A stretch of 64,000 nt of DNA from Squalus acanthias (GCA_030390025.1 CM059449.1:14818001-14882000); one strand, 5' to 3'; positions 40,101-52,755 are shown, counted from the stretch's first letter. The notes: generated from the sequence alone by a model not told the origin. Translations and numbers: made by a program.

Positions 40101-43100
40101 TCTGACCCACCGCACCACCCATTCACAGAGGGGGAAAGGACAGTGTCTGACCCACCGCACCACCCAGTCCCAGAGGGGGAAAGGACAGTGTCTGATCACC
40201 GCACCGCCCAGTCCCCGAGGGGGAAAGGACCGTGTCTGACCCACCGCACTACCCAGTCCCAGAGGGTGAAAGTCCAGTGTCTGATCCACTGCACTACCCA
40301 GTCCCAGTGGGGGAAAGGATAGTTTCTGACGCACTGCACAACCATATCCCAGAGGGGGAAAGGACAGTGTCTGACCAATCGCACCACCCAGTCCCAGAGG
40401 GGGAAATGACAGTGTCTGACCCACTGCACCGCTCAGTCCGAAATGGGGAAAGGGCAGTGTCTGACCCAGAGCACCGCCCAGTACCAGAGGGGGAAAGGAC
40501 AGTGTCAGTCCCACTGCACCGCCCAGTACCAGAGGGTGAAAGGACAGTGTCTGACTCACTGCACCACCCAGTCCCAGAGGGGGAAAGGACAGTGTCTGAC
40601 CCACTGCACCACCCAGTCCCAGAGGGTGAAAGGACAGTGTCTGACCCACTACAGCACCTAGTCCCAGAGGGGGAAAGGACAGTGTCTGACCCACTGCACC
40701 GCCCAGTCCCAGAGGGTGAAAGGGCAGTGTCTGACCCACTACACCACCTAGTCCCAGAGGGGGAAAGGACAGTGTCTGACCCACTGCACCGCCCAGTCCC
40801 AGAGGGTGAAAGGGCAGTGTCTGACCCACTACACCACCTAGTCCCAGAGGGGGAAAGGACAGTGTCTGACCCACTGCAGTGCCCAGTCCCAGAGGGGGAA
40901 AGGACAGTGTCTGACCCACTGCACCACCCAGTCCCAGAGGGGGAAAGGACTGTGTTTGACCCACTGCACCACCCAGTCCCAGAGAGGGAAAGGACAGTGT
41001 CTGACCCACTGCACCACCCAGTCCCAGCGGGGGAAAGGACATTGTCTGACGTACCGCAACACCCAGTCCCAGAGGGGGAAAGGACAGTGTCTGACTTACC
41101 GCAACACCCAGTCCCAGAGGGGGAAAGGACAGTGTCTGACACACTGCACCACCCAGTCCCAGAGGGGGAAAGGACAGTGTCTGACCCACCGCACCACCCA
41201 ATCCCAGAGGGGGAAAGGACAGTGTCTGACCCACTGCACCACCCAGTCCCAGAGGGGGAAAGGACAGTGTTTGCTCCACTGCACAAACATATCCCAGAGG
41301 GGGAAAGGACAGTGTCTGACCAACCGCACCACCCAGTCCCAGACGGGGAAATGACAGTGTCTGACCCACTGCACCGCTCAGTCCGAAATGGGGAAAGGGC
41401 AGTGTCTGACCCAGAGCACCGCCCAGTACCAGAGGGGGAAAGGACAGTGTCAGTCCCACTGCACCGCCCAGTACCAGAGGGTGAAAGGACAGTGTCTGAC
41501 TCACTGCACCACCCAGTCTCAGAGGGGGAAAGGACAGTGTCTGACCCACTGCACCACCCAGTCCCAGAGGGGGAAAGGACAATGTCTGACCCACTGCACT
41601 ACCCAGTCCCAGAGGGGGAAAGGACAGTGTCTGACCCACTGCACAACCCAGTCCAAGAGGGGGAAAGGACAGTGTCTGACCCACTGCACCAGCCAGTCCC
41701 AGAGAGGGAAAGGACAGTGTCTGACCCACTGCACCACCCAGTCCCAGCGGGGGAAAGGACATTGTCTGATGTACCGCAACACCCAGTCCCAGAGGGGGCA
41801 AGTAAAGTGTCTGACCCACTGCACCACCCTGTCCCAGAGGGGGAAAGGACAGTGTCTGACCCACCGTACTACCCAGTCTCAGAGGGGGAAAGGAGAGTGT
41901 CTGACCCACCGCACCACCCAGTCGCAGAGGGGGAAAGGACAGTGTCTGACCCACTGCACCACCCAGTCCCAGAGGGGGAAAGAACAGTGTCTGACCCACT
42001 GCACCACCCATTCGCAGAGGGGGAAAGGACAGTGTCTGACCCACCGCACCACCCAGTCCAAGAGGGGGAAAGGACAGTGTCTGATCACCGCACCGCCCAG
42101 TCCCAGAGGGGGAAAGGACAGTGTCTGACTCACTACACCGCCCAGTCCCAGTGGTGGAAAGGATAGTTTCTGACGCACTGCACAACCATATCCCAGAGGG
42201 GGAAAGGACAGTGTCTGACCCACTGCACCACCCAGTCCCAGAGGGGGAAAGGACAGTGTCTGACCTACTGCACCACCCAGTCCCATGGGGTGAAAGGACA
42301 GTGTCTGACCCACCGCACCACCCAGTCCCAGAGGGTGAAGGGACAGTGTCTGACCCACTGCACCACCCAGTCCCAGAGGGGGAAAGGACAGTGTCTGACC
42401 CACTGCACCGCCCAGTCCCAGAGGGGTAAAGGACAGTGTCTGATCCACTGCACCACCCAGTCCCAGAGGGGGAAAGGACAGTTTCAGCCCTTCCGAACCA
42501 GCCAGTCCAAGAGTGTGAATGTAGAGTGTCTGTCACACTGCAACACCCTGTCTCAGAGGGGGAAAGGACAAAGTCTGACCCTCTCCACCACCCAGTCCCA
42601 GAGTGGGAAGAGACTGTGTCTGATCCACTGCACCACCCAATCTGAGAAGGTGAAAACACAGTGTTTGCCCCTCCGCACCAGGCAGTTCCAGTGGGGGAAA
42701 GGACAGTTTTTGACCCACTGCACCACCCAGTCCCAGAGGGGGAAAGGACAGTGTCTGTTGCACTGCACCACCCAGTCCCAGAGGGGGAATGGACAGTGTC
42801 TGACCCACTGCAACGCCCAGTCCCAGAGGGGGAAAGGACAGTGGCTGACCCACTGCACCGCCAAGTACCAGAGAGTGAAAGGACAGTGTCTGACTCACTG
42901 CACCACCCAGTCCCAGAGGGGGAAAGGACAGTGTCTGACCCACTGCACCACCCAGTCCCAGAGGGTGAAAGGACAGTGTGTGACCCACTACACCACCTAG
43001 TCCCAGAGGGGGAAAGGACAGTGTCTGACCCACTGCACTGCCCAGTCCCAGAGGGGGAAAGGACAGTGTCTGACCCACTGCACAACCCAGTCCAAGAGAG

Positions 43101-46100
43101 GGAAAGGACAGTGTCTGACCCACTGCACCACCCAGTCCCAGAGGGGGAAAGGACTGTGTTTGACCCACTGCACCACCCAGTCCCAGAGAGGGAAAGGACA
43201 GTGTCTGACCCACTGCACCACCCAGTCCCAGCGGGGGAAAGGACATTGTCTGACGTACCGCAACACCCAGTCCCAGAGGGGGAAAGGACAGTGTCTGACC
43301 TACCGCAACACCCAGTCCCAGAGGGGGAAAGGACAGTGTCTGACACACTGCACCACCCAGTCCCAGAGGGGGAAAGGACAGTGTCTGACCCACCGCACCA
43401 CCCAATCCCAGAGGGGGAAAGGACAGTGTCTGACCCACTGCACCACCCAGTCCCAGAGGGGGAAAGGACAGTGTTTGCTCCACTGCACAACCATATCCCA
43501 GAGGGGGAAAGGACAGTGTCTGACCAACCGCACCACCCAGTCCCAGACGGGGAAATGACAGTGTCTGACCCACTGCACCGCTCAGTCCGAAATGGGGAAA
43601 GGGCAGTGTCTGACCCAGAGCACCGCCCAGTACCAGAGGGGGAAATGACAGTGTCTGTCCCACTGCACCGCCCAGTACCAGAGGGTGAAAGGACAGTGTC
43701 TGACTCACTGCACCACCCAGTCCCAGAGGGGGAAAGGACAGTGTCTGACCTACTGCACCACCCAGTCCCAGAGGGGGAAAGGACAGTTACTGACCTACTG
43801 CACCGCCCAGTCCCAGAGGGTAAAAGGACAGTGTCTGACCCAACGCACCACCCATTCCCAGAGGGGGAAAGGGCAGTGTCTGACCCACTGCTACAGACAG
43901 ACCCAGAGGGAGAAAGGACTGTGTCTGACTAACTGCACCACCCAGTCCCAGCGGGGGAAAGGACATTGTCTGACCCACTGCGCCACCCAGTCCCAGAGGG
44001 GGCAAGTAAAGTGTCTGACCCACCGCACCACCCAGCCGCAGAGGGTGAAAGGACAGTGTCTGACCCACTGCACCATCCAGTCCCAGAGGGGGAAAGAACA
44101 GTGTCTGACCCACTGCACCACCCATTCGCAGAGGGGGAAAGGACAGTGTCTGACCCACCGCACCACCCATTCACAGAGGGGGAAAGGACAGTGTCTGACC
44201 CACCGCACCACCCAGTCCCAGAGGGGGAAAGGACAGTGTCTGATCACCGCACCGCCCAGTCCCCGAGGGGGAAAGGACCGTGTCTGACCCACCGCACTAC
44301 CCAGTCCCAGAGGGTGAAAGTCCAGTGTCTGATCCACTGCACTACCCAGTCCCAGTGGGGGAAAGGATAGTTTCTGACGCACTGCACAACCATATCCCAG
44401 AGGGGGAAAGGACAGTGTCTGACCAATCGCACCACCCAGTCCCAGAGGGGGAAATGACAGTGTCTGACCCACTGCACCGCTCAGTCCGAAATGGGGAAAG
44501 GGCAGTGTCTGACCCAGAGCACCGCCCAGTACCAGAGGGGGAAAGGACAGTGTCAGTCCCACTGCACCGCCCAGTACCAGAGGGTGAAAGGACAGTGTCT
44601 GACTCACTGCACCACCCAGTCCCAGAGGGGGAAAGGACAGTGTCTGACCCACTGCACCACCCAGTCCCAGAGGGTGAAAGGACAGTGTCTGACCCACTAC
44701 AGCACCTAGTCCCAGAGGGGGAAAGGACAGTGTCTGACCCACTGCACCGCCCAGTCCCAGAGGGTGAAAGGGCAGTGTCTGACCCACTACACCACCTAGT
44801 CCCAGAGGGGGAAAGGACAGTGTCTGACCCACTGCACTGCCCAGTCCCAGAGGGGGAAAGGACAGTGTCTGACCCACTGCACAACCCAGTCCAAGAGGGG
44901 GAAAGGACAGTGTCTGACCCACTGCACCACCCAGTCCCAGAGGGGGAAAGGACTGTGTTTGACCCACTGCACCACCCAGTCCCAGAGAGGGAAAGGACAG
45001 TGTCTGACCCACTGCACCACCCAGTCCCAGCGGGGGAAAGGACATTGTCTGACGTACCGCAACACCCAGTCCCAGAGGGGGAAAGGACAGTGTCTGACCT
45101 ACCGCAACACCCAGTCCCAGAGGGGGAAAGGACAGTGTCTGACACACTGCACCACCCAGTCCCAGAGGGGGAAAGGACAGTGTCTGACCCACCGCACCAC
45201 CCAATCCCAGAGGGGGAAAGGACAGTGTCTGACCCACTGCACCACCCAGTCCCAGAGGGGGAAAGGACAGTGTTTGCTCCACTGCACAACCATATCCCAG
45301 AGGGGGAAAGGACAGTGTCTGACCAACCGCACCACCCAGTCCCAGACGCGGAAATGACAGTGTCTGACCCACTGCACCGCTCAGTCCGAAATGGGGAAAG
45401 GGCAGTGTCTGACCCAGAGCACCGCCCAGTACCAGAGGGGGAAATGACAGTGTCTGTCCCACTGCACCGCCCAGTACCAGAGGGTGAAAGGACAGTGTCT
45501 GACTCACTGCACCACCCAGTCCCAGAGGGGGAAAGGACAGTGTCTGACCTACTGCACCACCCAGTCCCAGAGGGGGAAAGGACAGTTACTGACCTACTGC
45601 ACCGCCCAGTCCCAGAGGGTAAAAGGACAGTGTCTGACCCAACGCACCACCCATTCCCAGAGGGGGAAAGGGCAGTGTCTGACCCACTGCTACAGACAGA
45701 CCCAGAGGGAGAAAGGACTGTGTCTGACTAACTGCACCACCCAGTCCCAGCGGGGGAAAGGACATTGTCTGACCCACTGCGCCACCCAGTCCCAGAGGGG
45801 GCAAGTAAAGTGTCTGACCCACCGCACCACCCAGCCGCAGAGGGTGAAAGGACAGTGTCTGACCCACTGCACCATCCAGTCCCAGAGGGGGAAAGAACAG
45901 TGTCTGACCCACTGCACCACCCATTCGCAGAGGGGGAAAGGACAGTGTCTGACCCACCGCACCACCCATTCACAGAGGGGGAAAGGACAGTGTCTGACCC
46001 ACCGCACCACCCAGTCCCAGAGGGGGAAAGGACAGTGTCTGATCACCGCACCGCCCAGTCCCCGAGGGGGAAAGGACCGTGTCTGACCCACCGCACTACC

Positions 46101-49100
46101 CAGTCCCAGAGGGTGAAAGTCCAGTGTCTGATCCACTGCACTACCCAGTCCCAGTGGGGGAAAGGATAGTTTCTGACGCACTGCACAACCATATCCCAGA
46201 GGGGGAAAGGACAGTGTCTGACCAATCGCACCACCCAGTCCCAGAGGGGGAAATGACAGTGTCTGACCCACTGCACCGCTCAGTCCGAAATGGGGAAAGG
46301 GCAGTGTCTGACCCAGAGCACCGCCCAGTACCAGAGGGGGAAAGGACAGTGTCAGTCCCACTGCACCGCCCAGTACCAGAGGGTGAAAGGACAGTGTCTG
46401 ACTCACTGCACCACCCAGTCCCAGAGGGGGAAAGGACAGTGTCTGACCCACTGCACCACCCAGTCCCAGAGGGTGAAAGGACAGTGTCTGACCCACTACA
46501 GCACCTAGTCCCAGAGGGGGAAAGGACAGTGTCTGACCCACTGCACTGCCCAGTCCCAGAGGGGGAAAGGACAGTGTCTGACCCACTGCACAACCCAGTC
46601 CAAGAGGGGGAAAGGACAGTGTCTGACCCACTGCACCACCCAGTCCCAGAGGGGGAAAGGACTGTGTTTGACCCACTGCACCACCCAGTCCCAGAGAGGG
46701 AAAGGACAGTGTCTGACCCACTGCACCACCCAGTCCCAGCGGGGGAAAGGACATTGTCTGACGTACCGCAACACCCAGTCCCAGAGGGGGAAAGGACAGT
46801 GTCTGACCTACCGCAACACCCAGTCCCAGAGGGGGAAAGGACAGTGTCTGACACACTGCACCACCCAGTCCCAGAGGGGGAAAGGACAGTGTCTGACCCA
46901 CCGCACCACCCAATCCCAGAGGGGGAAAGGACAGTGTCTGACCCACTGCACCACCCAGTCCCAGAGGGGGAAATGACAGTGTTTGCTCCACTGCACAACC
47001 ATATCCCAGTGGGGGAAAGGACAGTGTCTGACCAACCGCACCACCCAGTCCCAGACGGGGAAATGACAGTGTCTGACCCACTGCACCGCTCAGTCCGAAA
47101 TGGGGAAAGGGCAGTGTCTGACCCAGAGCACCGCCCAGTACCAGAGGGGGAAATGACAGTGTCTGTCCCACTGCACCGCCCAGTACCAGAGGGTGAAAGG
47201 ACAGTGTCTGACTCACTGCACCACCCAGTCCCAGAGGGGGAAAGGACAGTGTCTGACCTACTGCACCACCCAGTCCCAGAGGGGGAAAGGACAGTTACTG
47301 ACCTACTGCACCGCCCAGTCCCAGAGGGTAAAAGGACAGTGTCTGACCCAACGCACCACCCATTCCCAGAGGGGGAAAGGGCAGTGTCTGACCCACTGCT
47401 ACAGACAGACCCAGAGGGAGAAAGGACTGTGTCTGACTAACTGCACCACCCAGTCCCAGCGGGGGAAAGGACATTGTCTGACCCACTGCGCCACCCAGTC
47501 CCAGAGGGGGCAAGTAAAGTGTCTGACCCACCGCACCACCCAGCCGCAGAGGGTGAAAGGACAGTGTCTGACCCACTGCACCATCCAGTCCCAGAGGGGG
47601 AAAGAACAGTGTCTGACCCACTGCACCACCCATTCGCAGAGGGGGAAAGGACAGTGTCTGACCCACCGCACCACCCATTCACAGAGGGGGAAAGGACAGT
47701 GTCTGACCCACCGCACCACCCAGTCCCAGAGGGGGAAAGGACAGTGTCTGATCACCGCACCGCCCAGTCCCCGAGGGGGAAAGGACCGTGTCTGACCCAC
47801 CGCACTACCCAGTCCCAGAGGGTGAAAGTCCAGTGTCTGATCCACTGCACTACCCAGTCCCAGTGGGGGAAAGGATAGTTTCTGACGCACTGCACAACCA
47901 TATCCCAGAGGGGGAAAGGACAGTGTCTGATCAATCGCACCACCCAGTCCCAGAGGGGGAAATGACAGTGTCTGACCCACTGCACCGCTCAGTCCGAAAT
48001 GGGGAAAGGGCAGTGTCTGACCCAGAGCACCGCCCAGTACCAGAGGGGGAAAGGACAGTGTCAGTCCCACTGCACCGCCCAGTACCAGAGGGTGAAAGGA
48101 CAGTGTCTGACTCACTGCACCACCCAGTCCCAGAGGGGGAAAGGACAGTGTCTGACCCACTGCACCACCCAGTCCCAGAGGGTGAAAGGACAGTGTCTGA
48201 CCCACTACAGCACCTAGTCCCAGAGGGGGAAAGGACAGTGTCTGACCCACTGCACCGCCCAGTCCCAGAGGGTGAAAGGGCAGTGTCTGACCCACGGCAC
48301 CACCCAGTCTCAGAGGGGGAAAGGACAGTGTCTGACCCACCGCACCACCCAGTCCCAGAGGGGGAAAGGACAGTGTCTGACCTACTGCACCACCCAGTCC
48401 CAGATGGGGAAAGGACATTGTCTGACCCACTGCACCGCACAGTCCCAGAGGGGGAAAGGACAGTGTCTGACCTACTGCACCACCCAGTCCCATGGGGTGA
48501 AAGGACAGTGTCTGACCCACTGCACCACCCAGTCCCAGAGGCGGAAAGGACAGTGTCTGACCCACTGCACCGCCCAGTCCCAGAGGGATAAAGGACAGTG
48601 TCTGATCCACTGCACCACCCAGTCCCAGAGGGGGAAAGGACAGTGTCAGCCCTTCCGCACCAGCCAGTCGAAGAGTGTGAATGTAGAGTGTCTGTCCCAC
48701 TGCAACACCCTGTCTCAGAGGGGGAAAGGACAAAGTCTGACCCTCTCCACCACCCAGTCCCAGAGTGGGAAGAGACTGTGTCTGATCCACTGCACCACCC
48801 AATCTGAGAAGGTGAAAACACATTGTTTGCCCCTCCGCACCAGGCAGTTCCAGTGGGGGAAAGGACAGTTTTTGACCCACTGCACCACCCAGTCCCAGAG
48901 GGGGAAAGGACAGTGTCTGTCGCACTGCACCACCCAGTCCCAGAGGGGGAATGGAGAGTGTCTGACCCACTGCACCGCCCAGTCCCAGAGGGGGAATGGA
49001 CAGTGTCTGACCCACTACAGCACCTAGTCCCAGAGGGGGAAAGGACAGTGTCTGACCCACTGCACCGCCCAGTCCCAGAGGGTGAAAGGACAGTGTCTGA

Positions 49101-50345
49101 CCCACGGCACCACCCAGTCTCAGAGGGGGAAAGGACAGTGTCTGACCTACTGCACCACCCAGTCCCATGGGGTGAAAGGACATTGTCTGACCCACTGCAC
49201 CGCCCAGTCCCAGAGGGGGAAAGGACAGTGTCTGACCCACCGAACTGCCCAGTCCCAGAGGGGGAAAGGACAGTGTCTGACCTACTGCACCACCCAGTCC
49301 CAGAGGGTGAAAGGACAGTGTCTGACCCACTACACCACCTAGTCCCAGAGGGGGAAAGGACAGTGTCTGACCCACTGCACCGCCCAGTCCCAGAGGGTGA
49401 AAGGACAGTGTCTGACCCACGGCACCACCCAGTCTCAGAGGGGGAAAGGACAGTGTCTGACCCACCGCACCACCCAGTCCCAGAGGGGGAAAGGACAGTG
49501 TCTGACCTACTGCACCACCCAGTCCCAGATGAGGAAAGGACATTGTCTGACCCACTGCTGCGCCCAGTCCCAGAGGGGGAAAGGACAGTGTCTGACCCAC
49601 TGCACCACCCAGTCCCAGAGGGGGAAAGGACAGTGTCTGACCTACTGCACCACCCAGTCCCATGGGGTGAAAGGACAGTGTCTGACCCACTGCACCACCC
49701 AGTCCCAGAGGGGGAAAGGACAGTGTCTGACCCACTGCACCGCCCAGTCCCAGAGGGATAAAGGACAGTGTCTGATCCACTGCACCACCCAGTCCCAGAG
49801 GGTGAAAGGACAGTGTCAGCCCTTCCGCACCAGCCAGTCCAAGAGTGTGAATGTAGAGTGTCTGTCACACTGCAACACCCTGTCTCAGAGGGGGAAAGGA
49901 CAAAGTCTGACCCTCTCCACCACCCAGTCCCAGAGTGGGAAGAGACTGTGTCTGATCCACTGCACCACCCAATCTGAGAAGGTGAAAACACAGTGTTTGC
50001 CCCTCCGCACCAGGCAGTTCCAGTGGGGGAAAGGACAGTTTTTGACCCACTGCACCACCCAGTCCCAGAGGGGGAAAGGACAGTGTCTGTCGCACTGCAC
50101 CACCCAGTCCCAGAGGGGGAATGGACAGTGTCTGACCCACTGCAACGCCCAGTCCCAGAGGGTGAAAGGGCAGTGTCTGACCCACTGCACCACCCAGTCC
50201 CAGAGGGGGAATGGACAGTGTCTGACCCACTGCAACGCCCAGTCCCAGAGTGTGAAAGGACAGAGTCTAACCCACTGCATCACCCAGTACCAGAGTGTGA
50301 AAGGACAGTGTCTGACCCACTGCACCACCCAGTCCCAGAGGGGAA
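31163..50345. repeat. 45-bp minisatellite, about 19.2 kb, about 426 units, with higher-order block structure
   Basis: Consensus CCCACTGCACCACCCAGTCCCAGAGGGGGAAAGGACAGTGTCTGA repeated throughout; variant-unit strings recur at fixed offsets. Confidence 0.99.
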
Positions 50346-50581
50346 AAGGCCTAACCTGTCGTACCGCCCTTTATGTGGTGTATAAAGTTCCAGTACATAA
50401 TATGCACATTGCACCAACCGGTCATTTACAGAAATGTACGGTTAGATTTTCATCTGCAACGGGCAGCCGATTCTTAACACAAATTTTACACTTCGGCAGT
50501 AAGTTGAAAAATATTCTTCAGTCAGTATATGGGTAATTACAATTGCAGTTCGATGATATCAGAGGCAGGCGAATCACTCAC

Positions 50582-50925
50582 CTCTCACAGTGAGATGCGT
50601 TCCGGCTCCGTATTCCTCGCCGAGTTGCATCAGTTTCACTTTGCAGTAATACACCCCGGAATCGTTCACACTCAGGTCCTTTAGTAGAATGGAAACGTCT
50701 CTGGTATGAAAAAAATCATCTTCTTGGGCGTGTGGATCCGGCTTCTGTACTCTGCTGTTCTGTTGGAGACTTCTGTTCCATTTCTGGTGTCCTTGTACCA
50801 GGTGTAAGACCCTATCGCCTTAGAGACGTTGGCTGTGTAGGTACAGGGGATGAGCACGGTCTCCCCTTCCACCGCCAGAATACAGGGCACCTTCTGAATA
50901 ACTGTGAACCTCTCAGCGTTAATCC
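50582..50925 (-). pseudogene. NCR3: Ig V(J)-type domain exon of an NCR3/NKp30-like receptor; 1-bp frameshift (true pseudogene or homopolymer/assembly error)
   Basis: Acceptor cctcgtttccag at 50926+ and donor GAG|gtgagt at 50576-50581; phase 1-1 exon of 344 nt (345 expected). Translation: (R)INAERFTVIQKVPCILAVEGETVLIPCTYTANVSKAIGSYTWYKDTRNGTEVSNRTAEYRSRIHTP/fs/FFHTRDVSILLKDLSVNDSGVYYCKVKLMQLGEEYGAGTHLTVR. B-strand Cys, C-strand Trp, DSGVYYC and J-like GxGT all lie in one exon. AIGSxTW, GxEVxNxTxExRxR and LGxxxGxGTxLxV match human NKp30 as recalled. The symbol indicates family, not proven orthology. Confidence 0.9.
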
Positions 50926-51113
50926 CTGGAAACGAGGAACGTTCATGCTACCTGAGTCGAATTTGTAACTTTGAGAGACAGTGCTGCTAAAACCGGTATG
51001 GAACGCCCGAACTTTCTATAACTTGACAACGATTGGAGTTTGAACAAGTGTGAACTTCTGAGCAACCATTGCTGATAATAAAGGGTGATTTTGCCTTGTT
51101 GCAAATTGTACTA

Positions 51114-51911
51114 CTGGGGTAGATTGTCAACTTGAAAAATCCATACCGGGCGGCAAATTTGCAATGCCAGATTTGCGCCCCGGCCGAAAGCTGAAATTCT
51201 ACCCTATAATTAACGTAATATCCCGGTTTGCTAGCCATTCTTTTAATGACGGATTAATCTGTGTTGTTGTTTTGCTAGCAGGTTAACACTTCAACAGTAC
51301 CGTTTACACAATATGCATGAGTGTACTCACATGCCCAGTTTTCCGGATTGCGCGGGGATAATTTTCAGGTTCACTGCTTGGTGGAGCGAATCCATCGCCT
51401 GTTGTAGAATGCGCCTGATTTTCATCCCGTTTTTGGGGTGAAATTGCTTTTGGGCGCCTGTTTTTCTTTCCCATTGACGTTAATGCTGAAGAAAATCGGG
51501 CGGATGTTAAAACTGGCTGTGATTTGCTACCGCCCATTTTGTGCTCCTGTCCAAGACCAATTTTACTCGTTTTATGTCAAAGCACGTGAAAATCAGGCAG
51601 TTTTCTGCAAGCAGTTTTATTCCCCGGGGGTAAATCTACACACAATATGATTTGCTTTTCAGTGTTATGATTTGATTAGGACATCAGAATAAAAAAAAGG
51701 ACAACTCTGATTGATATAAATGGCTACTGTCCATTTGATATCTTAGGGGTGAAATTGGACATGAGCGGCGATGCAATACAGGCGGAATCGCCCGTTTACC
51801 GCACACCTGATATTCAGTTCTATGGAACTGAATATCAGGAGGGATGAATAACGGGCAACCAATGCTTATCGTCTGTCTTGCATCGCCGGTTATGTCCAAT
51901 TTCACCCCCCA
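51114..51911. mobile_element. Cluster of short palindromic MITEs in the leader-V intron; best copy 51746-51910
   Basis: ggggtgaaattggacat...atgtccaatttcacccc with central perfect 15-bp IR cctgatattcagttc/gaactgaatatcagg; further ggggtaga..tctaccc pair at 51115-51204. Confidence 0.75.
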
Positions 51912-51948
51912 ATGTACCTGTGAGACAAGTAAAATGAATACACAGTTA

Positions 51949-52599
51949 GTCATAGAATCATAGAATATTTGCAGCACAGAAGGAGGCCATTCGGCCCGTC
52001 GAGCCCGTGCCGACTCTCTGCAAGAGCACTTCAGCTAGTCCCACACCCCCGCCCTTTCCCCGTAGCCCTGCAATTTTTTTTCCTTCAGGTACTTATCCAA
52101 TTCCCTCTTGAAAGCCAGGATTGAGTCTGCCTTCACCACCCTCTCAGGCAGTGCACTCCAGACCCTAACCACTCGCTGCTTAAAAAATATTTTCCTCATG
52201 TCACCTTTGGTTCTTTTGCCAATCACCTTAAATCTGTGTCCTCTGGTTCTCGACCCTTCTGCCAATGGGAACAGTTTCTCTCTATCTGCTCTGTCCAGAC
52301 CCCTCATGATTTTGAACACCTCTATCAAATCTCCTCTCAACCTTCTCTGCTCCAAGGAGAACAACCCCAGATTCTCCAGTCTGTCCACGTAAGTGAAGTT
52401 CCTCCTCCCTGGAATCGTTCTCATAAATCTTTTCTGCACCCTCTCTAAGGCCTTCACACCCTTCCTAAATTGTGACGCCCAGAATTGGACACAATACTCC
52501 AGTTGAGGCCGAACCAATGTTTTATAAAGGTTCATCATAACTCCCTTGCTCTTTATACTCTATGCTTCTATTTATGAAGCCCAGTATCCCGTATGCTTT
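51949..52599 (-). mobile_element. CR1 3' end
   Basis: ORF 52035-52538; (catagaat)n tail. Confidence 0.92.
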
Positions 52600-52712
52600 A
52601 GTCCTGAGTTCCAATAATTAATATACTGGCATATTAACAGTATTTCAAAATGATCGGTGGAAACATTCGGCTGCTAAATGAGGAATGGAAAAAAAATGAA
52701 GCATCTACTTAC

Positions 52713-52755
52713 TCGAGAGAGGAATTAATATCCATAGGATGCTGATTGGATTCAT
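52713..52755 (-). CDS. Leader (signal peptide) exon of the minus-strand NCR3-like gene; exon 52713-52760 includes 5 nt of 5'UTR
   Basis: Acceptor ctctttctctaattccattactgcag, then GAAGA-ATG, MNPISILWILIPLS + 1 nt, donor A|gtaagt. Phase 1 joins the V exon in frame to give MNPISILWILIPLSRINA-ERFTVIQ. Confidence 0.85.

Noticed and set aside
31163-50345. CRISPR array
   Set aside because: Eukaryotic DNA, contiguous tandem units with no unique spacers, and no cas genes.
31163-50345. Immunoglobulin switch-like region
   Set aside because: Only one WGCW (TGCA) per unit, no AGCT clusters, almost no G/C strand skew (15 C vs 13 G per unit), and no partner region in the window.
31010-50536. Long ORFs (up to 1215 aa) as a repetitive protein gene such as a mucin or zinc finger
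   Set aside because: They are by-products of a stop-free 45-bp unit: they are open on both strands, broken by 44-bp units, and lack splice or start context.
50582-50925. Rearranging TCR/Ig V segment with RSS
   Set aside because: V and J-like motifs are already joined in one exon ending in a splice donor. The CACAGTG at 50586-50592 is LTV coding sequence with no nonamer.
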